Origin: Limnothrix sp. BL-A-16
GTDB taxonomy: Bacteria; Cyanobacteriota; Cyanobacteriia; CACIAM-69d
Assembly: GCA_041937175.2 (NCBI GenBank)
Contig: CP166615.1
Location: 224,001-288,000, forward strand
Length of the DNA: 64,000 nucleotides
Reading direction: 5' to 3'
Every line of letters begins with the position of its first letter. The first letter of the stretch is position 1. Both the position numbers and the translations under genes were made by a program. Below are positions 18,718-29,423 of this stretch, piece by piece. The notes beneath the pieces were generated by a model, which saw nothing but the letters and a program-made list of their open reading frames with translations, had not been told where the DNA came from and made no database searches.

Positions 18718-19455
18718 TTAGCCGATCGCCCGGAGCAGGGCATACATAGCCGGAGCGATCGCCAGGGCTGGCAAAAACGAGCCGACCCGAATTTGAGTTA
18801 CTGCCAATAGGTTCAACCCGATCGCCACAATGGCCAAGCCGCCCACACCAGTGAGGGCCAACACCTGGGGATCGGTGGCTGGGTTAGGCACAAATTGGCT
18901 CAGCAAGCCGGCCGCCAGGGACAAGGCCCCTTGATAGATCCCCAGGGGCAACACCGAAAAGGCCACCCCCAACCCGGAGCTACCGGCCAGGGCGATCGCT
19001 GCCAGGCCGTCCATGGTGGCCTTGAGAATTAAGATTTGATCGTCGCCCGTGAGACCGTTGTTCAGGCAGCCCACCAGGGCCATGGGCCCCACGCAGAACA
19101 ACAAACTAGCCGCCACAAAGCCTTCGGTGAATTGACCATCGCCCTTGACTTTGCTCTTGAGCCAGTCGCCCCACTGTTGCAAGCGGCGCTCGATCGCCAG
19201 GGCTTCTCCCACCAGGCCGCCCACCACCAGCGCCACCAGCCCCAACACAATCCCATCGATCGCAATGCCCTGAAGCCGACTCAGGCTTTGGGCCATTTGC
19301 AACCCCACCAAAATCACAATCAGCGCCACGCCTTGGGTGACGATTTGCAGCATGTTGGCAGACCAGTAGTTGCGCAACAGCAAACCCAGACCGCTGCCAA
19401 CCAAGATGGTGGCAATGTTAATGATCGTTCCGCTAAGGGGATTAAAGGGGGCCAT
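18718..19455 (-). CDS. DUF554 family membrane protein
   Basis: GTIINIATILVGS, EGFVAASLLFCVGPM, LILKATMDG motifs. Confidence 0.85.
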   Translation of the reverse strand: MAPFNPLSGTIINIATILVGSGLGLLLRNYWSANMLQIVTQGVALIVILVGLQMAQSLSRLQGIAIDGIVLGLVALVVGGLVGEALAIERRLQQWGDWLKSKVKGDGQFTEGFVAASLLFCVGPMALVGCLNNGLTGDDQILILKATMDGLAAIALAGSSGLGVAFSVLPLGIYQGALSLAAGLLSQFVPNPATDPQVLALTGVGGLAIVAIGLNLLAVTQIRVGSFLPALAIAPAMYALLRAIG

Positions 19456-19539
19456 GGGGCAACTCGGGAAAGGTTAATCGGGCAGGTTGAGAAAACGGAG
19501 GCACGAACGCAGCGATCGAAAAAACCGATTGGGGGTTAG

Positions 19540-19616
19540 GGCCGGTCGTCGTTTAACCCGAAACCCTAGATCCGCTAACGGTGGAATCCGGGTTTCAGGC
19601 AATTTGACCACAGGCC
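19540..19616. mobile_element. Short foldback derivative of MITE family B
   Basis: GGCCGGTCGTC...TGACCACAGGCC between TTAG and CTAG; its reverse complement matches the left part of the 34135 and 41700 copies. Confidence 0.6.
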
Positions 19617-19735
19617 CTAGTCCCTGGATTAGTTTGCGAGCAATTTGGCCGCGCCAGTGGAAACACCGGCTTTTAAAATGGGCCAGGGAGCCAACTATCA
19701 GCGCTGCCAATTCTTGTCATAAATTCTGATCATCC

Positions 19736-20464
19736 ATGACCCCACTCAGCTCCTTTAATGCCCCACCCCGCCGCTCACAGCACCCCTTGGGCCGCCGTTT
19801 GTGGGCCCTGACCCTGGCGTTGGTGGCCGCCGTTGGCCTTTGGTTGAGTGCCAGCGCGCCCGCCGCCGCGACGGGGGTGTATGACATGCCGCCTTTTGAC
19901 CCGCAAACTTGGGTGCTCGATCGCGCTGATTTGTTCAGCCGCCTCACCAAGGGCAGTCTTGAAAAGTCCCTGCGCGACGTGGCTCAGTCCACGGGGTCAG
20001 AGGTTCGGTTTGTGACGTTCCGCCGCTTGGACTATGGCGAAACGATCGATAGCTTTGCCCAAGAATTATTTGAAACCTGGTTTCCGGAAGCTGAAGATCA
20101 AGCCAACCAGGTGTTGATGGCGTTTGATGCGGTCACCAACGATGCGGCAATCAAGGTGGGCAGCAACGCCCAAGCAACCCTCACCGCCGACATTGCCACC
20201 AGCGTGGCCCAAGAAACCCTGCTGGTGCCAATCCGCGATGGCAACTACAACGAAGCGTTCATCGAGGCCAAGGATCGGCTGGCGACGGTTTTGGCTGGCG
20301 AACCGGATCCCGGCCCGCCGGTTGTCGTCAGCAAAATTTCCGTAGAAAGCACCTTCAAAAAGGCTGAAGAGACCGATCGCAATGGTTCCACCATCCTGGT
20401 GGTGGTGCTGTTGATTTTGGCCACCGTGATCCCCATGGTCACCTACTTCGCCTACGTGCGCTGA
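19736..20464 (+). CDS. psb32: Photosystem II repair protein Psb32 (TPM domain)
   Basis: Signal peptide then ATGVYDMP, VRFVTFRRLDYGET, GEPDPGPP, C-terminal TM LATVIPMVTYF. Confidence 0.85.
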   Translation: MTPLSSFNAPPRRSQHPLGRRLWALTLALVAAVGLWLSASAPAAATGVYDMPPFDPQTWVLDRADLFSRLTKGSLEKSLRDVAQSTGSEVRFVTFRRLDYGETIDSFAQELFETWFPEAEDQANQVLMAFDAVTNDAAIKVGSNAQATLTADIATSVAQETLLVPIRDGNYNEAFIEAKDRLATVLAGEPDPGPPVVVSKISVESTFKKAEETDRNGSTILVVVLLILATVIPMVTYFAYVR

Positions 20465-21119
20465 GGTCGATTGCGCTGAGGCCAATATTTTGGGGCCTGG
20501 GCTGGCGGAGATGTCTTCAGACCTAGACCTGAGGTTGGCTGAGTGCTTCCCAGTTGCCAGAGTCTTTGGGGCGAGGGCGAAAGCCATAACCTTGGCTATG
20601 GTCGTCTTTCAAGTCCTCTCGCGTTGCGGGGGCTGGCCTGGGGCGGTCTAATGGGAGGGGCAAAGATTTCTGGCCCTTCCCTGAATCAAGACCAATTTCG
20701 CTGAAATTCAGGCACAATTACGGGCACAATTAATAAAATCATTAACACTCTTGATAGTAGTAATTCCTTCCGGTTAGTTCTGCTCATCTTTAGGCTCAGT
20801 TCTAGGACGCTTCCTGACCAATTCAAGGGGCACGGATCCATAGCCCGCCATCAGCCCGAATCAACACAGACCGGCTCGATCGGCTCCTACCCTGGGCCAG
20901 ATGCTTGCCAAATTCAATCGCTGATTACCCCCCATCCTGACTGCTCTCCCCCCCTGGGAACCTATGGCTAGGGTGATAGAATTTCAAATATTTGTTCGGG
21001 ACAGCGCCGGAAAGCAGCCGCGCGTAGGTGTTGCAGCTCTCAGTGCAGCCCTCCAGTGATGAGCAACCCGATCTCAGTCAACGTTTTCCGACCGTTACCC
21101 ACGAGGAGAAAAACTACCT

Positions 21120-21821
21120 ATGCCGCAACTCGAGGCACCCGCTGCGATCGACTACCAAAGTGAAACCTACAAAGATGCCTACAGCCGCATCAATGCGATC
21201 GTGATTGAAGGCGAAGACGAAGCTGCCAGCAACTACGTGCGTCTAGCCGAGCTGATGCCCACCCATGCCGAAGAATTGGCTGACCTGGCCAAGATGGAGG
21301 CCCGCCACAAAAAAGGCTTCACCGCCTGCGGCAAAAACCTGAACGTGACTCCCGACATGGACTTCGCCAAGAAGTTCTTTTCGGATTTGCACGGCAACTT
21401 CCAACAGGCTGCGGCCGGCGGCAACATTGTCACCTGCCTGCTGATCCAAGCGCTGATCATTGAAGCCTTTGCGATCTCGGCTTACAACGTCTACATCCCC
21501 CACGCCGATGATTTTGCTCGCAAAATCACGGAAAACGTGGTCAAGGATGAATATCTGCACCTGAACTTTGGCGAGCAATGGCTTAAGGCGAACTTTGAAA
21601 GCGCTAAGGCTGAGCTAGAGCGTGCCAATCGCGAAAACCTGGCGATCGTCTGGCGCATGTTGGACGAAGTGGCCGCTGACGCACTGGTGCTGGGTATGGA
21701 GAAGGAAGCCTTGATGGAAGACTTCACGATCGCCTATCAAGAAGCGCTGCAAAACATCGGTTTCACCACCCGTGAAACCCTGCGGATGCTGACGGCCGGT
21801 TTGGCAGCCGCTGCCGCCTAA
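21120..21821 (+). CDS. ado: Aldehyde-deformylating oxygenase
   Basis: [20 protein letters not shown] and DEYLH di-iron motifs; upstream AGGAG. Confidence 0.96.
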   Translation: MPQLEAPAAIDYQSETYKDAYSRINAIVIEGEDEAASNYVRLAELMPTHAEELADLAKMEARHKKGFTACGKNLNVTPDMDFAKKFFSDLHGNFQQAAAGGNIVTCLLIQALIIEAFAISAYNVYIPHADDFARKITENVVKDEYLHLNFGEQWLKANFESAKAELERANRENLAIVWRMLDEVAADALVLGMEKEALMEDFTIAYQEALQNIGFTTRETLRMLTAGLAAAAA

Positions 21822-22207
21822 GGCGGAGGGCAGGCTTGTGGGGTTCCAGTTCACACTGGGGCCCCCAGCCCAATTCCCACCGCCTGACCGCCGTGGATTT
21901 GCGCCCATCGTGGGGCCATGATTTTCCAAGACTGTTGCTGTGCAGTCTCCGACCTCGATCGTGATGATTTGGCGATCGGGGTCATGTTCTTGAACGCAGT
22001 CACCCCAGCCCACCGGCCGATCCTTAGCAGGGCTTGTCAGAGGGCAGGACGCGTGGACGGTCAAAATCAGTAGCCAAAGCGGCTGATTCTGGCCCAAACC
22101 GCTGCTTTGATGGCTCTGTGATGGGTTGGTGCAGTGGGTTGGATTCCTGCGCTTCCCTGTTCGTTCCCTTCGTTTCCTTATCCCCCTTCAACCCGTTTAG
22201 CAAAGAG

Positions 22208-23239
22208 ATGTTTGGTCTTATCGGTCACTCCCCCAGCTTAGAAAGAACGCACGAAATCGCGCGCGAGTTGGGTCTTCCCGAATGTGCCGATCGGGATTTG
22301 GAGTTTTGGTGCAGTGCGCCGCCCCAAGCGGTCGATACCGTGCGGGTGAAGAGCGCCACTGGACAAGAAATCGAAGGTCAGTATATTGACTCGGGATTTT
22401 TGCCGGAAATGCTCACCAGCAATCGCGGGAAAACCGCTGTGCGCAAGGTGCTGAATGCAATGGCCCATGCTCAAAAACTGGGGCTGTCGGTGACGGCGCT
22501 GGGGGGCTTTTCCTCGATCGTGTTTGAAAATTTCAATTTGTCTCAAACCCGTTTGGTGCGAAATGTGGAGCTAGATTTTGCTCGCTTCACCACCGGCAAC
22601 ACCCACACGGCTTACATCATCTGCCGCCAAGTGGAAGAGATGGCCAAGCGGTTGAACCTGGAACTGTCCCGAGCGACCGTGGCCGTTTGCGGAGCCACAG
22701 GCGATATCGGCAGCGCCGTTTGTCAGTGGCTCAATGCCCGCACAAATATCCAAGACTTGCTGTTAATTGCACGCCAGGAAGATCGCCTGCAAGCCCTGCG
22801 GGATGATCTGGGACGCGGCAAAATCCTGTCCTTGGAAGAATCTTTGCCCCTGGCGGACATTATCGTTTGGGTGGCCAGTATGCCCAAGGGCGTGGAAATT
22901 GATCCGGCGATGCTGAAAAAACCTTGCCTGATCATCGATGGTGGCTATCCAAAAAACATGGGCACCAAAATCCAAGCGCCGGGTGTGCATGTGTTGAGCG
23001 GTGGTATTGTGGAGCACACCCTGGACATTGACTCGCGGATCATGCGGGCGATCGGGATGGTGAATCCAAAGCGCCATATCTTTGCCTGCTTTGGAGAATC
23101 GATGCTGTTGGAATTTGAGAAGTGGTACACGAACTTTTCGTGGAACCGCAACCAAATCACCATTGAGAAGATGCTGCAAATCGGAGAAGCTTCGATTAAG
23201 CACGGTTTCAAACCCTTGTTGCTCGATCCTGTCGGCTAA
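22208..23239 (+). CDS. aar: Long-chain acyl-ACP reductase
   Basis: Canonical MFGLIGH start, [24 protein letters not shown] catalytic Cys; follows ado. Confidence 0.95.
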   Translation: MFGLIGHSPSLERTHEIARELGLPECADRDLEFWCSAPPQAVDTVRVKSATGQEIEGQYIDSGFLPEMLTSNRGKTAVRKVLNAMAHAQKLGLSVTALGGFSSIVFENFNLSQTRLVRNVELDFARFTTGNTHTAYIICRQVEEMAKRLNLELSRATVAVCGATGDIGSAVCQWLNARTNIQDLLLIARQEDRLQALRDDLGRGKILSLEESLPLADIIVWVASMPKGVEIDPAMLKKPCLIIDGGYPKNMGTKIQAPGVHVLSGGIVEHTLDIDSRIMRAIGMVNPKRHIFACFGESMLLEFEKWYTNFSWNRNQITIEKMLQIGEASIKHGFKPLLLDPVG

Positions 23240-23336
23240 AGACCCCATGCGCCAGCTTTGGGGCCCCGTTGCCCACCGAGGCCCCTACTGAAGTTGGCAA
23301 CCACGACCGTTGCGCGATCGCGCCTGTGTTTGACCT

Positions 23337-24341
23337 ATGGCTACTGCAAATCGAAAACCCCTGTATCTGGACTTTGAAAAACCGCTCGTGGATCTGCAAG
23401 AGCGCATTGAGCGGATCCGTCGCCTCGCGGAGGAGAACGGGGTGGATGTGAGCGATCAAATCCAGCAGTTGGAGGAGCGATCGCACCAGTTGCGCCAGGA
23501 GGTCTACGGCGGTTTGTCGGCGGTGCAGCGGTTGCAAGTGGCTCGCCATCCTCGCCGCCCCAGCACCTTGGACTACATCAACGCCATGACCGATGATTGG
23601 CTGGAGCTGCATGGCGATCGGCGTGGGGGAGATGACCCGGCGATCGTGGGCGGTGTGGCCAGTTTGGACGGAATGCCCGTGGTGATTTTGGGCCACCAAA
23701 AAGGCCGCGACACCAAAGACAATGTGGCTCGGAATTTTGGCATGGCAACCCCCGGCGGCTATCGCAAGGCCATGCGCCTGATGGAACATGCCGATCGATT
23801 CGGAATGCCGATTATTACCTTTATTGACACGCCCGGTGCTTGGGCGGGGGTCGATGCCGAGCGGTTGGGCCAAGGCGAGGCGATCGCCTATAACCTGCGG
23901 GAAATGTTCCGGCTCAATGTGCCCATCCTTTGCACCATCATTGGCGAAGGCGGCTCCGGCGGGGCCCTGGGAATTGGCGTTGGCGACTGGCTGATGATGT
24001 TTGAGCACTCGGTCTACACCGTGGCTTCGCCGGAAGCTTGCGCCTCAATTTTGTGGCGAGATGCGGGCAAAGCAGCCCAAGCCGCCGAAGCCTTGAAGAT
24101 TACGGCGCGTGATCTAAAGGATTTGGGAATTTTGGATGAAATTTTGGCAGAACCCCTGGGCGGGGCCCACTCCAACCCGCTGGAAACGGCCGAAACCCTG
24201 AAGCAGGGGATCGTGCGGGCCTTGGAACAACTCCTGAGCCTCTCGCCCCAGGCCCGGCGCGATCGCCGCTATCAGAAATTCCGCAAGATTGGTCAGTTCA
24301 CCGAAGGGCCGATCGAATCGCTGGCGACCTCCGCTTCGTAG
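23337..24341 (+). CDS. accA: Acetyl-CoA carboxylase carboxyltransferase alpha subunit
   Basis: [32 protein letters not shown]. Confidence 0.97.
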   Translation: MATANRKPLYLDFEKPLVDLQERIERIRRLAEENGVDVSDQIQQLEERSHQLRQEVYGGLSAVQRLQVARHPRRPSTLDYINAMTDDWLELHGDRRGGDDPAIVGGVASLDGMPVVILGHQKGRDTKDNVARNFGMATPGGYRKAMRLMEHADRFGMPIITFIDTPGAWAGVDAERLGQGEAIAYNLREMFRLNVPILCTIIGEGGSGGALGIGVGDWLMMFEHSVYTVASPEACASILWRDAGKAAQAAEALKITARDLKDLGILDEILAEPLGGAHSNPLETAETLKQGIVRALEQLLSLSPQARRDRRYQKFRKIGQFTEGPIESLATSAS

Positions 24342-24472
24342 CCGTTGCCTTGGGCAGATCCAGCATTGAAATGACGACGGGCCCTAAATGCCTTGTCTGT
24401 ATCGGATCATAGAAATCAGCACCCTGTATTTTTCCCGTGGGGATCAGTCTCGCAGGGGCCTTGGAGGTATCT

Positions 24473-24868
24473 ATGAGCGATGCGACCAGCGGCGCGATCG
24501 ACAGTGCGATCGCCCCATCCATGGAGTTTTTTGATGGGGTGGTTGAAGATCCCAGCAACGTGAGCCTGCGACGGGATCCGGCCACGGGTGCAAAGATCGT
24601 GATGATGGTTTTTGAGCAACTGAACTGCATTGAACGCTTCCGGGCCGTGACCAATCGGTTTTCCGGGAGTCTGCGCCTGCGAGATGAGGAAGGCGACATT
24701 TTGGTAGAACCTTCCAGCGTGCGGTTCATCTTCGGCGGGCCCGAAGGGGATGATTTCGAGCGGTTTGAATGTCAATTTCGGATTGAAATCCCAGAGCAGT
24801 GGGATCGGTTCATGCGGTTCATGAATCGCTATGCCGATGCCAATGGAATGGGTTATGCCCCGCGCTAG
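24473..24868 (+). CDS. psb28: Psb28 family protein (Psb28-2-like)
   Basis: EFFDGVVE...WDRFMRFMNRYADANGM; GGAGG before 24473. Confidence 0.85.
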   Translation: MSDATSGAIDSAIAPSMEFFDGVVEDPSNVSLRRDPATGAKIVMMVFEQLNCIERFRAVTNRFSGSLRLRDEEGDILVEPSSVRFIFGGPEGDDFERFECQFRIEIPEQWDRFMRFMNRYADANGMGYAPR

Positions 24869-25099
24869 GAGATCGCCATGGCCGGCGATCGGGAGGGTGA
24901 ATCAACGGCTAATTTATGGGGGCTGATCGACAAATCGACAATGGATCGACAATAGGATGAGTCGATCTTTAGGCATGGATGATGCGTTCTCGGGATCTGA
25001 GTCATTCAAAGCTACTCAGCCAAAATCAACCAGATCCGTTGCGCCAATCCATTCAATACAGATCCCTCGTTTCTACCGTTTTTCTGGCGAAGAGTCCCC

Positions 25100-26017
25100 A
25101 TGAAAGTTGCAATCACTGGAGCAACCGGTTTCATTGGCCGTGCCTTGGTGCAGCGGTTGAATCAGCAAGGGGATTCCCTGGTGCTTTTCAGTCGCGATCG
25201 GGCAAGGGCGGAGCGCTGTTTTCCCCGATCGGCCTTTCCCAACCTGTCGATTGTGGGCTATGAACCCACGGCCGCTGGCGATTGGCAACAGGTGATCGCG
25301 GGGTGTGATGGGGTGGTGAACCTGGCCGGTGCGCCGATCGCGGAAGGTCGCTGGACTACGGCCCGCAAGCAAGAAATTTTGGACAGTCGCCAACTGGGAA
25401 CTCGGCGGATTGTGGAGGCGATCGCGGCGGCCAATCCCAAACCCACCGTTTTGGTGAACTCCTCCGCGATCGGGTTTTATGGCCCCAGCGAAACCGCCAC
25501 CTTCACCGAGGCCAGCAAGGCCGGCCAGGGCTTTTTGGCCCAGGTTTGCCAAGCTTGGGAAGCGGAAGCCCAGGCCATCACGGCCCAGCAAACCCGGTTG
25601 GTGATTTTGCGCACGGGCATTGTGCTGGGAGATGGGGGTGCGCTGGGAAAAATGCTGCCGGTGTTTCGGGCCTTTGCGGGCGGCCCCTTAGGCACGGGTG
25701 AACAGTGGTTTTCCTGGATTCATTTGATGGACATGGTGAACCTGATTGAGCGATCGCTCAAGGATCCCAGCTTTAGCGGGGTTTATAACGCCACGGCTCC
25801 CAAGCCGGTGCGAATGGGCGAACTGTGCCAGGTGCTCGGCAGTTTGCTGAATCGCCCCTCTTGGCTGCCGGTTCCTGCCTTTGCGCTGGATCTATTGCTG
25901 GGGGAAGCGGCTCAAGTGGTGCTGGAAGGTCAATGTGTACTGCCCGATCGGGCCCAACAGGCGGGTTTCCAGTTTGACTATGGGGACTTGTCGGCGGCCT
26001 TACGCGCGATCATCTAG
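25100..26017 (+). CDS. TIGR01777 family NAD-dependent epimerase/oxidoreductase
   Basis: MKVAITGATGFIG, VVNLAG, SSAIGFYG, WFSWIH. Confidence 0.9.
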   Translation: MKVAITGATGFIGRALVQRLNQQGDSLVLFSRDRARAERCFPRSAFPNLSIVGYEPTAAGDWQQVIAGCDGVVNLAGAPIAEGRWTTARKQEILDSRQLGTRRIVEAIAAANPKPTVLVNSSAIGFYGPSETATFTEASKAGQGFLAQVCQAWEAEAQAITAQQTRLVILRTGIVLGDGGALGKMLPVFRAFAGGPLGTGEQWFSWIHLMDMVNLIERSLKDPSFSGVYNATAPKPVRMGELCQVLGSLLNRPSWLPVPAFALDLLLGEAAQVVLEGQCVLPDRAQQAGFQFDYGDLSAALRAII

Positions 26018-26103
26018 GACATGCCAGGGCCGGGGGAACCAGAATCGCAACTGCCCCCGCTGCCCGGTGGCGTTTGCTGTTGATTAACCCTATCCCCTCC
26101 GCC

Positions 26104-26787
26104 ATGTCTCCTCGCACGCTGGATCTGAGTGATCGCCTCTATGACTACTTGTTGGCCGTGTCCCTGCGGGAAGCGCCAATTTTGCAGGAACTGCGCCAGG
26201 TGACCGCTCGCCACCCCGCCGCCCAAATGCAAATTGCGCCGGAACAGGGCCAGTTCATGGCCCTGTTGGTGCAGCTAATTGGGGCTGAGCGGGCGATCGA
26301 GGTGGGCACCTTCACGGGCTACAGCACCCTTTCGGTCGCCTTGTCCATGCCTGATCGGGGGCGGATTGTGGCCTGCGATGTGAGCGCCAACGACACCGCG
26401 ATCGCCCAGGAATTTTGGCAGCGGGCCGGCGTTGCCCACAAAATCGATCTGCGAATTGCGCCGGCCCTCGAAACGCTCGATCGATTGTTGGCGGACGGTC
26501 AGGCCGATCGCTTCGACTTCGCCTTCATTGACGCGGACAAAAAAAATTACCCCAACTATCTCGATCGCTGTTTGGCCCTGGTGCGACCCGGCGGCCTGAT
26601 CGCCATTGACAATGTGCTGTGGGCCGGGCGCGTGGCCGATCCCACCAACCAGGAAAACAACACGGAAGCGATTCGCGAATTCAACGCTCGGCTGCACCAA
26701 GACCCTCGGGTGGATTTAAGCCTCGTCCCGATCGGGGATGGGATGACCCTCGCTCGCCGCCGTCCCTGCCCAAATCTGGCAAGCTAG
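26104..26787 (+). CDS. Class I SAM-dependent O-methyltransferase (CCoAOMT-like)
   Basis: MQIAPEQGQF, EVGTFTGYS, FIDADK, DNVLW. Confidence 0.9.
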   Translation: MSPRTLDLSDRLYDYLLAVSLREAPILQELRQVTARHPAAQMQIAPEQGQFMALLVQLIGAERAIEVGTFTGYSTLSVALSMPDRGRIVACDVSANDTAIAQEFWQRAGVAHKIDLRIAPALETLDRLLADGQADRFDFAFIDADKKNYPNYLDRCLALVRPGGLIAIDNVLWAGRVADPTNQENNTEAIREFNARLHQDPRVDLSLVPIGDGMTLARRRPCPNLAS

Positions 26788-26871
26788 ACATGGGCCGCCC
26801 CTTTTGGGGAAATCAACAGCCCAACTCGATGATCCTGTCCATTGCTTCATGACCGCTTGGTTGCCTTTGCC

Positions 26872-27864
26872 ATGACCCTACCCCTATCCCTCCCGATCGC
26901 CCTTGGCCTGTTCGTTGGTTTGCCCCTTTTGGGTCTGGCGTTGTATTTGTGGTCTCCTCGGAAGTACCAGTCCGCCAACTCCGTCGCCAACGCCTATGAC
27001 GAATGGACCACAGACGGCATTTTGGAATTTTATTGGGGTGAGCATATCCATTTGGGTCACTATGGCTCCCCTCCGCGCCGCAAGGACTTTCTGGTGGCGA
27101 AAGCGGATTTTGTCCATGAAATGGTGCGTTGGGGCCAGCTTGATCGCCTGCCAGCCGGCACAACCCTGCTGGATGTGGGCTGCGGCATTGGCGGCAGCAG
27201 TCGCATTTTGGCCAAGGACTACGGCTTTCAAGTCACAGGCATTACGATCAGTCCCCAGCAGGTGGCCCGGGCCCAATCCTTGACCCCGCCCGATGTGACG
27301 GCGCAATTCGCGGTGGATGATGCCATGGCCCTGTCGTTTCCCGATGCCAGCTTTGACGTGGTTTGGTCGATCGAAGCGGGGCCCCACATGCCCGACAAGG
27401 CCGTTTTTGCCAAGGAACTGCTGCGAGTGCTCAAGCCCGGCGGAATTCTGGTGGTGGCTGACTGGAACCAGCGGGACGATCGACAAGTGCCCCTCAATGG
27501 CTGGGAGCGCCCCGTGATGAAACAACTGCTGGAGCAATGGGCCCACCCGGCCTTCGCCAGCATTGAAGGCTTTGCCGAAGCCCTGGCCGCCACGGGCCTC
27601 ACGGACGGCGATGTGGTAACGGCTGATTGGACTCCTGAAACCTTGCCCTCTTGGCTCGACTCCATCTGGCAAGGGGTAGCCAGACCCGCCGGCCTGATCA
27701 AGTTTGGCATTCCCGGCCTGGTGAAATCCTTGCGGGAAGTGCCCACCTTGCTGCTGATGCGCTTGGCTTTTGGGGCCGGGCTTTGTCGGTTTGGCATGTT
27801 CCGAGCGGTGCGGGCGGCGGCTCCGGTTTCGGTTGAACTGGCCAAGGCTGCCACCACTCGTTAG
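26872..27864 (+). CDS. MPBQ/MSBQ methyltransferase-like (tocopherol/plastoquinone pathway)
   Basis: N-terminal TM, YWGEHIHLGHY, LDVGCGIGGS, WSIEAGPHMPDK. Confidence 0.8.
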   Translation: MTLPLSLPIALGLFVGLPLLGLALYLWSPRKYQSANSVANAYDEWTTDGILEFYWGEHIHLGHYGSPPRRKDFLVAKADFVHEMVRWGQLDRLPAGTTLLDVGCGIGGSSRILAKDYGFQVTGITISPQQVARAQSLTPPDVTAQFAVDDAMALSFPDASFDVVWSIEAGPHMPDKAVFAKELLRVLKPGGILVVADWNQRDDRQVPLNGWERPVMKQLLEQWAHPAFASIEGFAEALAATGLTDGDVVTADWTPETLPSWLDSIWQGVARPAGLIKFGIPGLVKSLREVPTLLLMRLAFGAGLCRFGMFRAVRAAAPVSVELAKAATTR

Positions 27865-27953
27865 GGCAAAAGGCTCGCTCAAGTCGATCGCCCCAATCGA
27901 TCGCCCAAATCGATTGCCCAATCTCATGCCCAATCTGACGCTCCTTGCAAGTC

Positions 27954-29387
27954 ATGCTTTTTCCCAATCCTGTGCCGAGTCCCGCCGGGTGGCAACTGTT
28001 CCGCTGGCTGTTTGATCCGCTGACTTTTTTGGATCAATGCACCGATCGGTGGGGATCCACGTTTTCCCTGGGGCTGGTCACCGGGTTGCGCATGACCCTC
28101 GTGGCGGATCCAGAGGCGATCGCGGATGTGTTTGCCCTGGATCCCAACCGGATTGAAAGTGGTTCCATGAATTATCTGCTGGAGCCGTTGGTGGGTCTCA
28201 ATTCCCTGTTGTTATTGGATGGCAATCCCCACCGTCGTCACCGCAAGTTGCTGTTGCCACCGTTCCATGGCGAACGGATGACAGCCTATGGGCGGCTGAT
28301 TTGTGACTTGACCCGCCAACAGGCGGCGGATTGGGGATCGCAAAAGGTGATTGCCGGGCGCAAGGTAACCCAAGTCATTACGCTGAAAACCATCCTGAAA
28401 GCGGTGTTTGGGCTAGTGGATGGCGATCGCTATGGCCAAATTCAAGTTTTGGCTACCAAAATTCTGGACTTGTTGGGATCGCCCCTCACCTCTAGCCTGT
28501 TGTTTTTGCCGTCCCTGCAACGGGATTGGGGCCCCTGGAGTCCTTGGGGCTATTTTCTGAAGCTGCGGCATCAGCTTGATGTGCTGCTCTATGGGGAAAT
28601 TGCCGATCGCCGCGCTGAACAGAGCCATGCTCAACAGGATGCTGCTCAACCGGGCCAAGCCAATCATCAAGGGCCAAGCGATCGCACCGATATTTTGAGT
28701 TTGTTGTTGGCGGCTCGGGATGAGGCGGGCCAGCCCATGAACGATGAGGAAATTCGCGACGAATTAATGACCCTGTTGCTGGCGGGCCATGAAACCACCG
28801 CCACCTCCTTGGCTTGGGCCCTGTGGTGGGTGACGCAGTTTCCGGCCATGGGCGATCGAATTCGGGCGGAAATTGCCGAACTGGGGCCAGATCCGGAACC
28901 GATGGCGATCGCCAAACTGCCCTACCTGAACGCCTTTTGCCAGGAAACCTTACGCATTTATCCCGTGGCCCTGATTGGCAGTCCGCGCCGCCTGCTAAAG
29001 CCCACGACGATCGGGCGCTATGACTATCCCGCTGGGGCCATTGTCTCGCCCAACATTTACAGCGCTCACCGCCGGCCGGATTTGTATCCCAACCCAACCC
29101 AGTTCCAACCCGAGCGATTTTTGGAGCGATCGTTCAGCAATTCGGAATTTTTGACCTTTGGCGGCGGCAACCGAAGCTGCATTGGCATGGCCTTTGCCCA
29201 GTTTGAAATGAAGCTGGTGTTGGCAACGCTGCTGATGGATTGGTCGGTGGCCTATGCCGGTGTGGTTCCTCCCCGCCCGGCCCGCCGAGGGGTGACCGTG
29301 GGGCCCAATGGGCCGCTGCGATTGCGGATGACCCGGCGTGATCGGGTGACTCCTGCCCCAGTGCTCCTGCCCCAAACGGTGGACTAG
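27954..29387 (+). CDS. Cytochrome P450 (CYP110-like)
   Basis: AGHETT, ETLR, PERF, FGGGNRSCIG heme motif. Confidence 0.93.
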   Translation: MLFPNPVPSPAGWQLFRWLFDPLTFLDQCTDRWGSTFSLGLVTGLRMTLVADPEAIADVFALDPNRIESGSMNYLLEPLVGLNSLLLLDGNPHRRHRKLLLPPFHGERMTAYGRLICDLTRQQAADWGSQKVIAGRKVTQVITLKTILKAVFGLVDGDRYGQIQVLATKILDLLGSPLTSSLLFLPSLQRDWGPWSPWGYFLKLRHQLDVLLYGEIADRRAEQSHAQQDAAQPGQANHQGPSDRTDILSLLLAARDEAGQPMNDEEIRDELMTLLLAGHETTATSLAWALWWVTQFPAMGDRIRAEIAELGPDPEPMAIAKLPYLNAFCQETLRIYPVALIGSPRRLLKPTTIGRYDYPAGAIVSPNIYSAHRRPDLYPNPTQFQPERFLERSFSNSEFLTFGGGNRSCIGMAFAQFEMKLVLATLLMDWSVAYAGVVPPRPARRGVTVGPNGPLRLRMTRRDRVTPAPVLLPQTVD

Positions 29388-29423
29388 GACTGATCAATCA
29401 GGGGGTGAATTGTGGGGCCGCGA

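Noticed and set aside
22034..22207. N-terminal extension of Aar
   Set aside because: Canonical MFGLIGH start at 22208; upstream TTG extension unsupported
26884..27933. 349-aa antisense ORF and similar shadow ORFs such as 39851..40897
   Set aside because: Antisense to well-supported genes in GC-rich DNA
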